In this document: positions 12,955-28,610 of the stretch, one piece after another
How positions within the stretch are numbered: position 1 is the first letter of the stretch
Layout of the letters: the number at the start of each line of letters is the position of its first letter
From: the human T2T-CHM13v2.0 reference genome, Homo sapiens
DNA length: 64,000 nucleotides
Strand: one strand, 5' to 3'
NCBI RefSeq assembly: GCF_009914755.1
Contig: NC_060936.1
Made by a program: the position numbers and the translations under genes
The notes under the pieces: generated by a model
What the model saw: only the letters and a program-made list of their open reading frames with translations
Told to the model about the DNA's origin: nothing
Database searches by the model: none

Positions 12955-13140
12955 ATGCATTCATTCAGCATATATTTTCAAGTGCCTGCCCTGTTCTAGG
13001 ACTGCAGATACAGCCATAAACAAGGTGGAGAAGGTCTCTGCTCCTGTGTGTGTCATATTCTGGTGGAGCAGGACTGAATTAAACAGACAAACAAGCAAAC
13101 CAGCTAATATTCATCGTTGTGGGTGAAGTACTGAGAGCAT
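12955..13140 (-). mobile_element. L2 3' fragment
   Basis: cattcattcagcatatatttt...ctgttctagg...gatacagccataaacaag. Confidence 0.65.
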
Positions 13141-14584
13141 TACAGAAGAAAACTTCCAGAAAAATGAAGAATTTATATGCCAACTCCAGGAGAAATATTT
13201 CAGTGAGGTCCTGGCTTGGTGCAAGGATATGGAACCAGAGCCAAGAATTCTATCAGTTAAAAGCAGCTTAGTTTCCTGAGCCTGGACTGATGGGGGACGT
13301 GGAAGACAAAGTGTCAGGTCCATCAGTGGAAGATTGGCCTTGAGCCACTGTACACAGAATGGAGAGCCCACTGGCCTAAAAGGAGAGATTGTCAGGCGTG
13401 ACGAAGCAGGAATTTTAGCCGAAGAATATTCACAAATTACAGGCCAAGAGGGAAGTGGGGACGTTCGTCTTCTCTTCATAGCCTTGCTCGTTGGGGGACC
13501 AGCTGTCCTTTATTGTTAATAGAAAAATCAATATAGCAAGAGGCGAATCTTTGCTGTGATAACATTGGCTCCTTTCACCAGGCGTGTGGAATTAGATTAC
13601 TGATAGATGCACCTCTGTCGCCTCCCCAGGCTCCAGATAGAATCTATGGGCTTTGCCAATAAGCACGGTAACAGAGTGTGGATCAGGAACCAGCGGGTGG
13701 CCAATGGCAGTGGAGAAAATGTAATTCCCTTGCAAGACACCGTCCTGGAGGGAGCCGGGAAGCAGCTTGCCTGATTGCGTATGCTCAGCTGCGCTCAGGC
13801 TGGAGTCTTTGAGGGGACGCTTGGGTACCTGTGTGCAGCTGAAACACTGCACGCTGGGGAGGCGGCATCGATTAAGAGAGGAAGAGAGGAGGAAAGAAGA
13901 ACAAGGAAAGGCAAGGAGGGGAAAGAGAGGGAGGGAAGTCCAGAAGACAGCCAGGCCTGTAAGCAGCTCTTTGAGAAAACTTCCCAGAAGGGTCTTTGCT
14001 TAAAATGCAGTCGTTTCAATAAAGGGACAGATCTCAGTAAAGAGCATTTCCCCAGATATGCTCTGTGCTACATGGAAACTAATTTGTGGACGTGTGATCT
14101 GCTTAGAGAGTCGCTGTGGGCCAGTCTTTATTCAGTGTCCACAGAGTCACGTGGCAAGCAGCCTGTCTACAATCCACCTTCCTTATGATCAGGAGTGGAA
14201 GTGCAAATAGAGGGTTGCTTACCAGATGTGGTGGTGGTTGAAATTAAACAGGGGAATGCTTATGGTCAAATTTTCAGCTTATAAAACCAACATAACATGT
14301 AAAGTATGACATGCAAACCACTAGTAGTCTCCACCGGCCTAAAAGGAGAGGTTGATCAGCCATATCAACTGTCAGTAATTTTTTGTACTTTCTGCCAATT
14401 TTTCTTAATCTAGTACTTACTTGCTGACTCTCCACGTCCATGAGTGCATGTGTGTGGGTATCACATCCGTGTATGTCTGTCATAGCATGGATGTGTGTAT
14501 AGGCTTATAAATCATGTTTGTTTACAAAGTTAAAACCAGTCGGTTTTTACAGGTTCCTTTTTGGTCATCAACAATCATGTTGTG

Positions 14585-14853
<269 letters not shown>

Positions 14854-17177
14854 TGTTGTGAGCATTTTCTGACTTCAGAACATGATCTTCAAGAACGAGA
14901 CATTAGTGATTATGTTCTACATTCAATTACATTAATGAATATCTTCATTTCCAATTTTTTACTGTTATAAAATTTTATAAACAATCTTACATATAAGTCA
15001 TGGAAAACATTTTAAGTAGATCTATATAAATTCCTAAAAGTAGAGGAATTCCTGAGCTAGAGGGGAGGAGAGGTACTACTTGAAGGCCTGATACTCTGCA
15101 GAAGGGCAGCGGCTGCCCACACACCAGCTGGGAGTGTGTTCGTCTCAAATAAGTCCTGCTTTAGTGCATGTTCTTATTTATTGTCACAGTAAGTGCTAGT
15201 GCTGCTGCTGTTAATTTTGTATAGGAAAACAGAAAGAAAGAAACTAATAGCAGATCCCTAAATTCAATGCCCAGAATCCTCTTGGAAGTTTCAAACAAGG
15301 AAAACATTAGTGACTGTATCTAGTTAAAAAATTGGGCCATGACAGAAAGGTAAACATGAACATTGAATCTGCCAGCCCCAGTACAGATTACCTTCCATAG
15401 GATCACCATTCGCCGTTTGCTGTGATCCTTCCAGAAAACAAAAATACATGGGTGTCTCTGTGTGTGCATTATATGCCTGTATAAATGTATCTAAATATCT
15501 GTATATGTGTATACATGCATGTATATACATGCACATGTATGTATATATGTATATACAGAGTGTATATTCTTCATGAAAGTTACTTAAAATGTGCAGTTTA
15601 TACATACTTGTCTTTCCTGTGAAGTTTTTCAGTGTCTTGGAGATGTTTTCATGGTAGCATGGACCTCCCTGTATGCTTTTACATCGCTTGGCCATGACTT
15701 GCTGAAGGATATCGTGGCTGTTTCCAGTTCGGGGCTTTCACCAGTGGGCATCTGGTGCTCCCCCAGTTGGATCCTGCTGTTCCCCCATTTGGTGACCTGG
15801 AAGGATCACCAGCAACCCGGCTGTCAGGCTGCCCTCCCAGTAAGAGGATTTCAGTGACCTGAGGTCATCGCAGTGCGGTTGTTGGACAGCTAGCAGTTTC
15901 CTTGAGTGCAGGTTCTGCGGTGGTAGCTTCTTGCTCCTCGGTCTGCAGCCCCACAGTGAGCAGGACATATGTGGTCCCTCGCTGCACACGTGCGGAGGTT
16001 GTACTTGGTGGTATTCCTGGGTCCTGACGCCATACTCAGGACATGGCCAGTATTCACACAGTATTGGAATGAACGAGTAAATGAATGAATGCATGCATTC
16101 ATGTTTCTTCAAAGATAAATATCACTTCTGTCAGGTGAATAAATACCATTTGTCACATTTTATTGTTTTTATGAGGGTGAGGGAACTGTACAATTATTTA
16201 TCAAATTGCAAAAGAGGCAGTAAGACAAAAATCTGTCTTGGTTTGAGCACCTCCATTCCTCCCCACCACCATCACTCCATGAACCCCCCAGCCTCCCTGG
16301 GCTCTTCTCCGTGTCCGATTCTCTGGATATGAGAGTGTTGTTTTCCAAGTGTAGCAGGGTTTCACTTTTCGAGCTGCCAGATCTGCTGGAGAAAATTATA
16401 AAGATGAATACTTCTGAGCCTTTGGCTGACGCTTATCCCCCTCTGGTTCAGATATCTTTGCAAAGGCAGATGTACAAATCATCCTGGTTCTCCAGAGGGG
16501 TCTTGGTTTTCCATCCTGCCCTGAGCCTAGTGTGAGGTGGAGCAGCCCAGGCTTCCACAATATCTAGAATTGGAACAGTAGCCCCAGGAAAAGAAAATGT
16601 GCTTGGAGACAGCTCCTGCAAAGCCCCAGGATTACAGCGTGGGTAATTAGACTGTCACTCTCGAGGAAGGGAACACTGAAGCAGGATCTCTATTAGCCTT
16701 TGTGCCCCTAAGACGGAGCAGGCTGGAAGGTAAGAGGCAGAGAAGTTTCGAGATTCATCAGATGTCTTTATGGCTCCCACATCTCGTTACCGACTTCACA
16801 ATATTTTTTTTTTCTTTCTTAACAACGTAGTAAAACAGCACTCAGGAATTAATTGTATTTTTAATAAAGCAGAGGCTTTTGTTGTTGTTGTTAACATTGA
16901 ACTTCCTTAATTCTGGGAAGCTCAAGATTAGCCGTGTCGTAGGGGGAAAATGTTAGAACGACTATTTAAGTAAAATTTACTTTTAGTGGTGTAATTTTTC
17001 CTTTTAGGTTTTCTTTTATCCCCAACCTTTTTGTCTGTGTGCAGATTACATCATAAGGCAAGTGGAGTCAGTGTCATATCACACCATTTATTCACTTAAT
17101 CATTTACCAGACCCAGATGGAGTGATTTTAATGGGGCAGGCAGCCCCTGTCTTCCTCATTAGCAGATTGCTTAATAA

Positions 17178-18151
<974 letters not shown>

Positions 18152-18462
18152 GAGTGAGAAAGCGGGTGATTGGAAAGCTTTGGGGCTATTTTTAGGCTGA
18201 GCTATTTCAAAATAACTAGCCCATCAAACTTTAATATCATAGACATGGTTGCTTAAAACAAGGCTAATATCTAGATGAGCTGGTAAAAAAGAGTAATTAT
18301 TAAATGAAAAATATCCATCATCTATGGATAAGACCAAATTGGGATGAGGGGATGACACTGACTGTGGGGAAGGAACTGTTGTGGTAGAACTAACACTGAC
18401 CCCCCGGCTTACATCAAACAGAGGGCAGGATGCTGCTGTCTAGGGATGGGGCCCAGTGGTAT

Positions 18463-18943
<481 letters not shown>

Positions 18944-20258
18944 CTATCCTCTGTGTGCTTTGGGTTTTGTTTTGTTTTTTCCATGTTTTCCTTACCCTTG
19001 GTTTCCATGAGAACTTCCATTGCTATTGTCTTGAGTCGGAGATTTCTACCCTAGGCCCCAGGACTTATCAGGGGAAGGAGCAGGCCTGCTCTTTGAGTGA
19101 CAAATCCAGCGCAGACATCATTGGCCAAGGCAAGGTTTTGGTAACCCGGGGATTTGCAAAGCATTTCTATTTGTTTCATCTCAGGAATTCAGTATTTCAT
19201 TCTTAAAGACCGCAATACGGTTGAACCTTCGGATTATTTCGGAGATGAAAACCCTAGTATTAGCATAGTTGGATTTTTTTTCTTTCTGTTTAAAATATAT
19301 ATATATACTTTTATGACTCTGATCTAAGTAAACTCTGTCCGGGAGTGGGGAAGAAGGAAAAGCAGTTGGAAGGCTGAAGATTAATCCTTTGAGGACCGAG
19401 GACTGCAAAGCCTTCTGGCCATTTGTACAAGGCTGAAGGCGTGTGGTAAAGGTGGTTTGGCGGAAAGAGGATTAACTTTTATTGGTTTGTGAAAATATAG
19501 GTTCTTAGGGAAGAACAAAGTTGTGTTTTCCCAGCCCAGGATCTACTGGGGGGCAGAGTCCCACTGTTCTTTTTATTCTCTGTGTTTGTGGACAAGGAGA
19601 TGGTTTAAATTATCGTCCCACAGATGGATGCCCCTTGATCAGAAGATGGTATGCGGAGGTCTGGCCGTGCTGCACCTCGGAGACCCCCTGCAGTTTCTGC
19701 CTTGGCTAGTCAGCTTTGTTGGGGGCGGAGGAGGCTCCCAGAGCTGGACCCCATGGAGAAGGCATGTGGAGACCATTAAGCTGGTCCCAAGATGTCTGGG
19801 TGGCTAAACATTACTGAGAAGATATGTTCCTCAAATTTATAAAGCCAAATATTTACTCAAGATTGTCTTCATTAAAGGTGCTGAGGTTCGATTTGTCCCG
19901 TTGAATGGAAACTTGTAAAATACGGCTGCGAGGAAGTTCGTGACAGCCTCGGTGCTAGATGCCTGTGTCCATGTGTACATGTGTATTTCCTTGCTGTCCC
20001 TATGGCACGAAGCGCTCTATTTGCCTGTAGGCGAGGGCCTTTTTCATTCTGGTTATGTCTGCACAATACCAAATCCCGGGAAATCAGGGGTCTGATGAAG
20101 CCAGTGAGTAGAAGATAGCATCACTGCCACCGCCCACAGGTGTCTCTGCAAGTGCACAAGTATACAGGCACAATGCCAACAAGTACACACCTATGCACGT
20201 GATATTTGAACACCCCCAGCATGTGCACATAAAGCCCCAGTCACAACAGCCCACATCA

Positions 20259-20566
<308 letters not shown>

Positions 20567-21304
20567 TGTTTTTAAAGTGTATATCATTTAATAGATTGAT
20601 TTGAAAAAAACTCATTTTATTCATTTTATAGATCATCTTCTGACTGCTCCATTTAGTCAGAATGCCTCTAAACTCTTTTCCCTTCATTTTGAAAATCATC
20701 TTCTGGAATGCCTGTCATCACTTATATCTCATGTCCCCACTCTGAATTCCTAGTAGAAAAATTCTAGTTTTAACCAAAAATAGAATCCATGAGTTTTCAG
20801 TTAGGAAGGTAGACTATGAAAAGAAGCTGTTAGAAACATCAGATTTTTATATACATGACTGTTAACATTTCCCTGTTATAAAAATGAAAAGACCTTTAAA
20901 TGTATACATATATATATACTTAAAAAGAGAGAATAGCATAGTGAATGAGATAACTAACATCCGCCACAAAATGACAGATGCTAGAATTTCATCCTGTTTG
21001 TGTCAGATTTTTATCCAACAATAAAAGAATGAAAGAAAGCAAACATCACTGATAAAGTTGAAATCCTTTGCACCCTCCCCAGAGGATACTCCCTCTTTCC
21101 CCCTGCCCCCCAGTCCCTTGTTACTTTGGCCCCTTCCTCTGCTCCCCAATCCTGTTTTCTCTACTCCTTCCAACAGTCCTCCCTCCATCCCCATCTCTAC
21201 CCCTTTATCATTCACTAACGTGAATGTGGTGCTAATTTTTCCAGTCCATATCTTTGAACTTTTTGTAATATATGCACATCAATAAGCAATCGAGTTTTAT
21301 CTAT

Positions 21305-21882
21305 TCTAATTGTTTTAATGTACAACTTTATGGGTACATGTGCAATTTTGTTTCTTGCATGGTGGCCAAATCAGGGCTTTTAGAACATCCAACATGCGAA
21401 TAATGTACATTGTACCCATTAACTAATTTCTCAATACTTCTGAGTCTTCCTTGTCTATGATTCCACTCTCTACATCACATGTACACATTTTTTTGGCACC
21501 CACTTATGAGTAGAAGATGTGATATTTGACTGTCTGTGCCTGGCTTGTTTCACTTAGGATAATGTCCTCCAGTTCCATCCATGTTGCTACATAAAGCATG
21601 ATTTCATTCTTTTTAATGGCTGAGTAGTATTCCATTGTATATATTTATGTATACCACATTTTGAGAATCCAATCATTCATTCATGGGTAGTTAGGTTGAA
21701 TCCTAAGTTGCTGTTGTGAATAGTGCTGCAATAAACATACCAGTGTAGGTATCTTTCTGATATAATGATTGCTTTTCCTTTGGGCAGATACCCAGTAGTG
21801 GGACTGCTGGATCCAATGGTAGTTCTATTTTTAGTTCTTTGAGAAATCTCCATACTGTTTTTCGTAGAAGTTGTACTCATTC
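21305..21882 (-). mobile_element. L1MA/L1PB4-type 3' end
   Basis: gggtacatgtgcaattttg...aatgtacattgtacccatt...ccagttccatccatgttgct...gagaaatctccatactgtttt. Confidence 0.85.
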
Positions 21883-21899
21883 ATAGAAGTTGTGGTTGA

Positions 21900-22200
21900 A
21901 TCCATTAACCACAAGCAACAAAGTTGCTTCAAACATTTTGAAACTAGGCATACAGAGTATCATACTGTATCTTTCTCCAGTTTATTTTTTTCACCCAACA
22001 TGATAGTTTCAAGCTCAAGCCCTGATGACGCCTGTAGGTCTAGCTTATGCATTTCAACTCCTACATTTTATGGGACATATGATGATGCCACATGTTTGCA
22101 AACATTTCTTGGGTGATGGGCATGTATGGTATTTTGTTTTTCATTATTACACACAAACATGCTTCAAGTAGTGTTTGCACATATGAAAGGGCTTTTCGGG
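21900..22200 (-). mobile_element. Old L1ME-type fragment
   Basis: atcatactgtat...ttttcacccaacat...gatgggcat, a degraded antisense L1M 3' pattern. Confidence 0.5.
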
Positions 22201-23034
22201 GAGATGATTTAAAATGGTTTCTTAATGTCTTAAGACATCTAAGCATTTCTTTCACTTCTGGGAAGATGGAGAAAGGTGATTTGTTTGAAGAAGGTATGCC
22301 TCCCTGTTCTTCTGCAGTCCTTTTTCTGTTGTTAGAAAAGCTGTTTTTCCAGCCAGCCCCAGAACTATCGTCTAGAAATATTAATGTTAAGAGCCACATC
22401 AGTTTTCTGTCTTCTGTTTCAAAATTGTTAACAGCTCTTCCTTGAAGATGTATTCTCTTTCTCTCTCTTTCTCTCTCTGCTGTGAGCCACAGTGGTTTTC
22501 TTGGAAGTGATAGACCATATAATTCTCACATGTCAAGGTTTTAAGCCAAAGCCCTCAGGCACCACTTCTGATTTTCTTGAAGGATCAAAAATAAAAGGTT
22601 GCAACCCTCACAGCCGTAGGCTCCTGCAGCAACTCTTTGGTGCACCTGTCACCCTGATACCTGGGAGGAGGCTCTGAGTCCATGCTGTGGGAAGGTGCTG
22701 GCCTTCATGGATGGGCCTCCCCTGGTGTGTCCACTGTGGACCTGAGTGGGTGTCCCAGAGCCCTGGCTCTCCCTTCTTTTCCTCTAGAAAGGGAATCGGC
22801 ATGTTCCCAATCATCTCTGAGATTATCTTTATTCTTCAAGGAGTTGCAGTGGCTCTTGCCAAGTGCCCTGGGGTCTTGGACATCTGCCTAGTGGCCCTGT
22901 AGAGACCTCCACCCTCCAGACAGCTCAGAATTTGCTAAAGAAAATGTGAATTTTGGAGTCCAGGGCTAGAAAATATGACATGGGCACATAGTGTCATGTT
23001 TTGAAAAGTAAGGTTTAGATGCCTTACTGATTAT

Positions 23035-24038
23035 TTGTGTGTATGTGTTGTGTGTGTGAGTATTGTGTGTATATGTATGGGTGTTGTATGTGCATGTGTG
23101 TTGTATGAACGCTGTGTGTTTATGTGAGTGCTGTTTTTATGTGTATGTGTGTGCATGTATGTGTGTTGTGTGTGTGTTGTGTGTGGGAGTGTGTGTGTGT
23201 AGATGTGTGTATGTGTGAGAGTGTGTGATGTGTTTATGCATGTGACTGTGACCATATGCGTGTTGCATGTGTTGTGTTTACATGGGTTTGAGTGTTGTAT
23301 GTATGTGGTGCTGTGTGTATGTATGTGTGTGCGAGTGTTGTGTGTATGTGTGTAAGTGTTACTTGTATTTGAGAGTACATATGTATTTGAGAGTATGTAT
23401 ATGCATGTAAATGCCTGTATGGATGAGAGTGTGTGTGAGTGTTTTGTTTATGTGTGTGAGCATTGCTTGTATTTGAGAGTGGTGTGCTGTGTCTGTTGTG
23501 TGTGTGTTGTGTGTATTTGAGAGGGCTTTGTGTTTATGTTTGTGAGTGTAGCATGTATGTGTGAGTGTTGGTTGTGTGTATATGTGAGAATGTGTGATGT
23601 TGTGTGTATTTGTTAGAGTGTGTGGTTTGTGCGTGGTGTGTATGTGTTGTATGTGTGAGAGTTTATGGTGTGTGTGGTGTGTATGTGTGAGAGTGTGTGG
23701 TGTTTGTTTGTTGTCTGTATGTATGAGAGTGTGTGGTTTGTGTGTGGTGTGTGTGCTGTATATTTGAGAGTTTGTGGTATGTATGGTGTATATATGTGTG
23801 GCTTGTTTGTGGTGTGTGTTGTATGTGTGAGAGTTTGTGGTGTGTGTATGTGTGAGAATGTGTGGCTCGTGTTTATGTGTGAGAGTGTGTGCCTTGTGTG
23901 GTGTGTGTTGTATGTGTGAGAGTTTGTTGTGTGTGTATGTATGAGAGTGTGTGGTGTTGTGTGTAAGTGTGAGAGTGTGTGGCCTGTGTGGTGTGTGTGT
24001 GCATGCATGTGACTGTGTGACCAGGTGTGTGCTGTGTG
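23035..24038. repeat. ~1 kb degenerate (TG)-rich repeat
   Basis: Read directly; recurring sub-units such as tatgtgtgagagtgtgtggt. Confidence 0.95.
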
Positions 24039-24579
24039 GGAGCGAGGGAGGAAGGCACGGGAGAAGGCCGCGGATGCTCTCCCTTCTCTGGTTCTCAGGA
24101 ATCTCTCCACCTCACCCCACCTTAACAAACACTGAAAACTTCTAGATTTGAGAAGAGCTGGAAAGCATCAAAAAGGCTGTCTAGTTTTAGTGCCAACATT
24201 CAGCTCAGATGACCTGGAAAGGTGGCAGCAGTTACATAAGTACTAAAATATTGAAATACCCAGGCTGCACCTCAGTGTCAGCCCAGCCCATCTCCACAGA
24301 CCGCCACCGCCCACCCACCATGTCCTCGAGATTCAAGGTGTTAGTCCCCAGCCTTGGCAGAGGAGCCAGCTCCGGGGCCCGTGTGCATTCTCATTCCTCA
24401 GTGCCAGTGTCTCCCTATTGAGCCTGATGGTTTCCAACTGTGTTCCATAGACATGTAGGCCATCATCAACCCTCTTTAGAAGACGTTTAACATTTACTTC
24501 TAATGTCATTATCAAAAATCTTTTTTATCTCTTAAAATCTTAACCTACTTGAGTTTCCCCCACTAGTTTCTTGAAATAA

Positions 24580-24902
<323 letters not shown>

Positions 24903-25609
24903 CTTTTTCAATTTTGTAGTGCACATAGCTAAGGCTATAAATTTTCCTTTCAATGTTACTTTGGCTGAATCTCTCAGTGCACTCATACTTTATTAGTTCT
25001 AAATAGTTGGAGATTTCCATGTTGATTTTTTTTAAGCTGAGAGTCTTACATGTATCATAGATTGCAAAAGTTACAGGATTATGCCACATTTCGTTTTAAA
25101 ATTTAGATTTGCATATGTGAATTCATGTATAACTTGGCATCTGAGTTCTCTTCATTGTGTTATCTGTGAAATATTGTTCAAACCTCAGATGATGCTGCTT
25201 GGTGAAAAATTAATATGCTTTGTGATAATATTGCGATAGGGGATAGATTTATGATTTTTGGGTAATATCTGAATTTTTAGCTTTTGCAAAGGAATTTGTT
25301 ATTCACGAAAGCATCCTCATCTTATCAACCTCGTAATAAATAACTGTAAATTTGCGTTTATGCAATAAAGGTACATTTGTGTATTGGCCTTTTGAATGTT
25401 TTACATATTGGCATTTGGATTTTCAAAAGAGAGATCAAATTTTTCAGAAAGATTAACCATCGCTGTTGTATTCTAACTGCCCGTCATTATATTGAATGGG
25501 GCCAAGGAAGATCAGTAATCACCAGCATTTGTTAAAATGCTTGCTGTGCATGACAGCACTCCTGCCTGAATAACCTCTTTTGATTATCATTGTAGCTCAT
25601 GAAGAAGGG

Positions 25610-25845
25610 CTGGTAGTTATCCTCATTTTAAAAGAGAGGAAAGTTAAACTAAAACAAGTACAATAACATGTCAGGTTCTTTCAGTAACTACGTGATGAAG
25701 CCAGTATTAGTTTGTGAGTCCCCATAGCAGCCCCATGGGGTAGATACCTGCATTATCCCCATTCCACAGATGAGAGTATTGAGACAAAGAGAGGGTAAGT
25801 TACTTGCCCAAGATCACCCAGTTAGTGAGAGGAGAACCCAGGACA
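25610..25845 (-). mobile_element. Two MIR core fragments
   Basis: attatccccattccacagatgag...aagttacttgcccaagatcacccag; a weaker core at 25615-25710. Confidence 0.75.
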
Positions 25846-28424
25846 AATGGAGAAATGTATCCTTGCCCCCCAGGTGTTCTTTCCGTTACTCTAATCTCTT
25901 TCTCTCTCATAATTATTTTGTTGGAAACACAGAGTGTAGATATTCTTAAAGATCTAATCCTTAATTATTCACAGTCCTTTATCCCAGCTCATTAAATTAG
26001 ACCAATGGAAAGAAAAGTTTTATTTTGCCTCTGTAGTATTGGGGTTTAAGTGATCACGGTAATTTTCCATTATCATTTTGTGTTTTAAATAAATACAACA
26101 GGCTTTATTGTGAAAATATTTGTCTAATATTGGGCAGTAAATGTTTAAGTGATTTTGGTTTAATTACTATTACAGTCATACTATTACAGTGCATAAAATA
26201 GAATTCTTCTTGAGTTTGTTCATTAGATGGGAAGAGGCTGCATTTTTAAAAAATATATGCATGCCTATAATACTACATTTAAATATGTGCGTATATAAAG
26301 AGATGCTTTCTTATTTATATACATGGTCATTATAGAGCTTTGTGAGAAATAGAATTTTCTCTGTGCAATCTGTACTCTGGGAGGGGTTATTTGCTGACAC
26401 TGTATGCCCATTTCCTAACAGAATGTCTCTAGTTAAGTAATCATATGATGAAGACATCCCAGCTGGGACTCTATATTTAAGCCAAGTTACTATTTCTAGC
26501 AAGACTATTCTTTTGAAAGGTTGAGAAGTCATTCCTTTTATTTTATAAGTTAAATATCAAATATGTATCATTTTTTTCTCAAATACACAGTCATTTATCC
26601 AAAGAGTCTACTGCTACTATGCACAGGAATGAACTAAGCCAATAGTGATGAGAAACCATCTTGGTTAGCCATCTGTCTGTCCCTAAGCTGAGGTGACATT
26701 TCCGCTCCCTGGCAGCAGGAGACACACTAGTTGAAGTGCCAGTTTTTAATGCAAAAGTCCCCAAGACCCAGCTCACTGAGAACAGCTTTCAGAACCCTGC
26801 ATCCCTGCCATCTTCTTCCTGTCTTTTCCAGGAGTCAGGAGAGAGCTCATCTGGGTGCAAGGCAAGAGAGGCTTCCTGGAGGCAGTGTTTCAGAACAAGG
26901 AGTGTGTTCACTTCATATCCCGCATTTGTGCCAGCTTGGGTTGAGACTCCATTGCTTTTATGTGGAATGTTTTTATTTTATCTACATTTTGGCCTCCTTC
27001 CAAGTTGGCATGACAAACTTAAGTCTAATGCCATGGAAATCAGAAACCAGTCAGCTTTGAAGAGACTGCTTTAAAGAGAACAAGAGAAATAAGCCACAGA
27101 GAAATTAGGCTTAAAGAGAGAGAACTGGAAGAGATGGTGTGGGAGTTTCTTGTTTTCTTCTTCCCTTTTTTTTTCATGGTCTCTGATCTCGTTAGCATGT
27201 TCTTTCATTACTACAGCTGTTTCTGCAACATTTTGCCTGAAGATTATAGTGTCTGGCTTATTATATTCAATGGGGGAATGACTCGATAAGAATAATTATC
27301 ACTATGCTGGGGTTTGACTCCTTGATGATATTTTTCTATTGTTCGCGGGGACTCGTGTTGTGTTCGCAGTTCAGCCTCATCATTAGCTATGCTTTGCTGC
27401 TTAGGCAATGCTAAATAAAGAAAAGGCTTTGGAAATGTGTGTGGATTTTTCCAAGGAGGACTTGTGATCGCATTCCTACCTTTTTCTGATTTCGCAGGTT
27501 GGAATTCCACCAATACGAAATGTTTTGAAGTCACTTTCTGACTTGGGTAGAACAACAAATCTGAGAATCACTTAGGTTCTTGGAATCCAAATGAACCTCC
27601 AAACTGCCCAGGACCAGTTCTGAAAGTACAAATAAAGTTGCAAACCCGGGGAGGTCTCAGGTCTGGGAGGTTCGTCCCCTTGCTCCTAGCATTCTTTTGT
27701 TCCCTGCAGACCTTTGCAATTCTATCAGTCTCCTTGCTGTTTCTTTTCTTTGGGAGAGTTCATAGCACTCCTTCTCATATTTCAAACACTCTCTGTCAGA
27801 CCTTTTTATCCTCATGTTTGGATGATTTCCTGTCCGCTTAATTCCTTCCTTGTGGAGCTCTGGAAATGGATGTACTAACTTGAAGGTAGATTTTTTGTTT
27901 TTATCCCAGTTCACAAACACGTGAGACTCTTGATGTTATAGTAACAGTGAGGATTCCAACACCCCAGGGAACACCAGCTGTGTGATGTTCCTGAAACAGG
28001 AACCAGGGAAAGAAAGCCTACATATCCCCAACTTCACACTCCTTGTCTCTGCCTTGAAGTCCTTGCACTCCGAGGTAGCGTTTTACATCTGGCTTTTTTT
28101 TTTTTTAACCTTGATTTTTACTGGCTATCTGGAGAACCTCTCAAAGCAATATTCAGATTCCTATAAGGACCAGACGTAAAGTTGTCTCTTTAATAGGTAG
28201 ACCAATGTCGTGAAGCACTGGTTAGGTTTGCACACAGCATCTTTTAGATCACAGAGAGTGGGAAATTACTAGTCCACTCAGGTAGAGCCGAGACTCCTGC
28301 AGGTGGAATCACTGCATACCAAAAAGCGTGCCTTCCGATTAGTGGAAGTTTAATCAATTGCGAGTGCTGTCACAGCTTAATCATCCAGGGAAGACCTTAT
28401 CTCTGGGCATGTGCTCCTTCCTTG

Positions 28425-28610
28425 GCTCTCCCTTATTTTCCCTTGGCACATGTGACCCATTTATAAAATGCCCTTATTGAGTATGTGTGTTGTTTATCGA
28501 AGCCTCATGGGGTGGGATCTTTGCCATTCTGCTCACCAGCGTGTCGCATGCCAAGGACAGAGCTGAGCACATGCTGGGTGCTCCCATCACTGTTGCTGAA
28601 TAGACGGGTA
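28425..28610 (+). mobile_element. L2 3' end
   Basis: aagcctcatggggtgggat...gctcacca...gcacatgctgggtgctc...tgttgctgaat. Confidence 0.65.

Noticed and set aside
23613-24145. His/Thr- and Cys/Val-rich ORFs
   Set aside because: Translations of the TG repeat.
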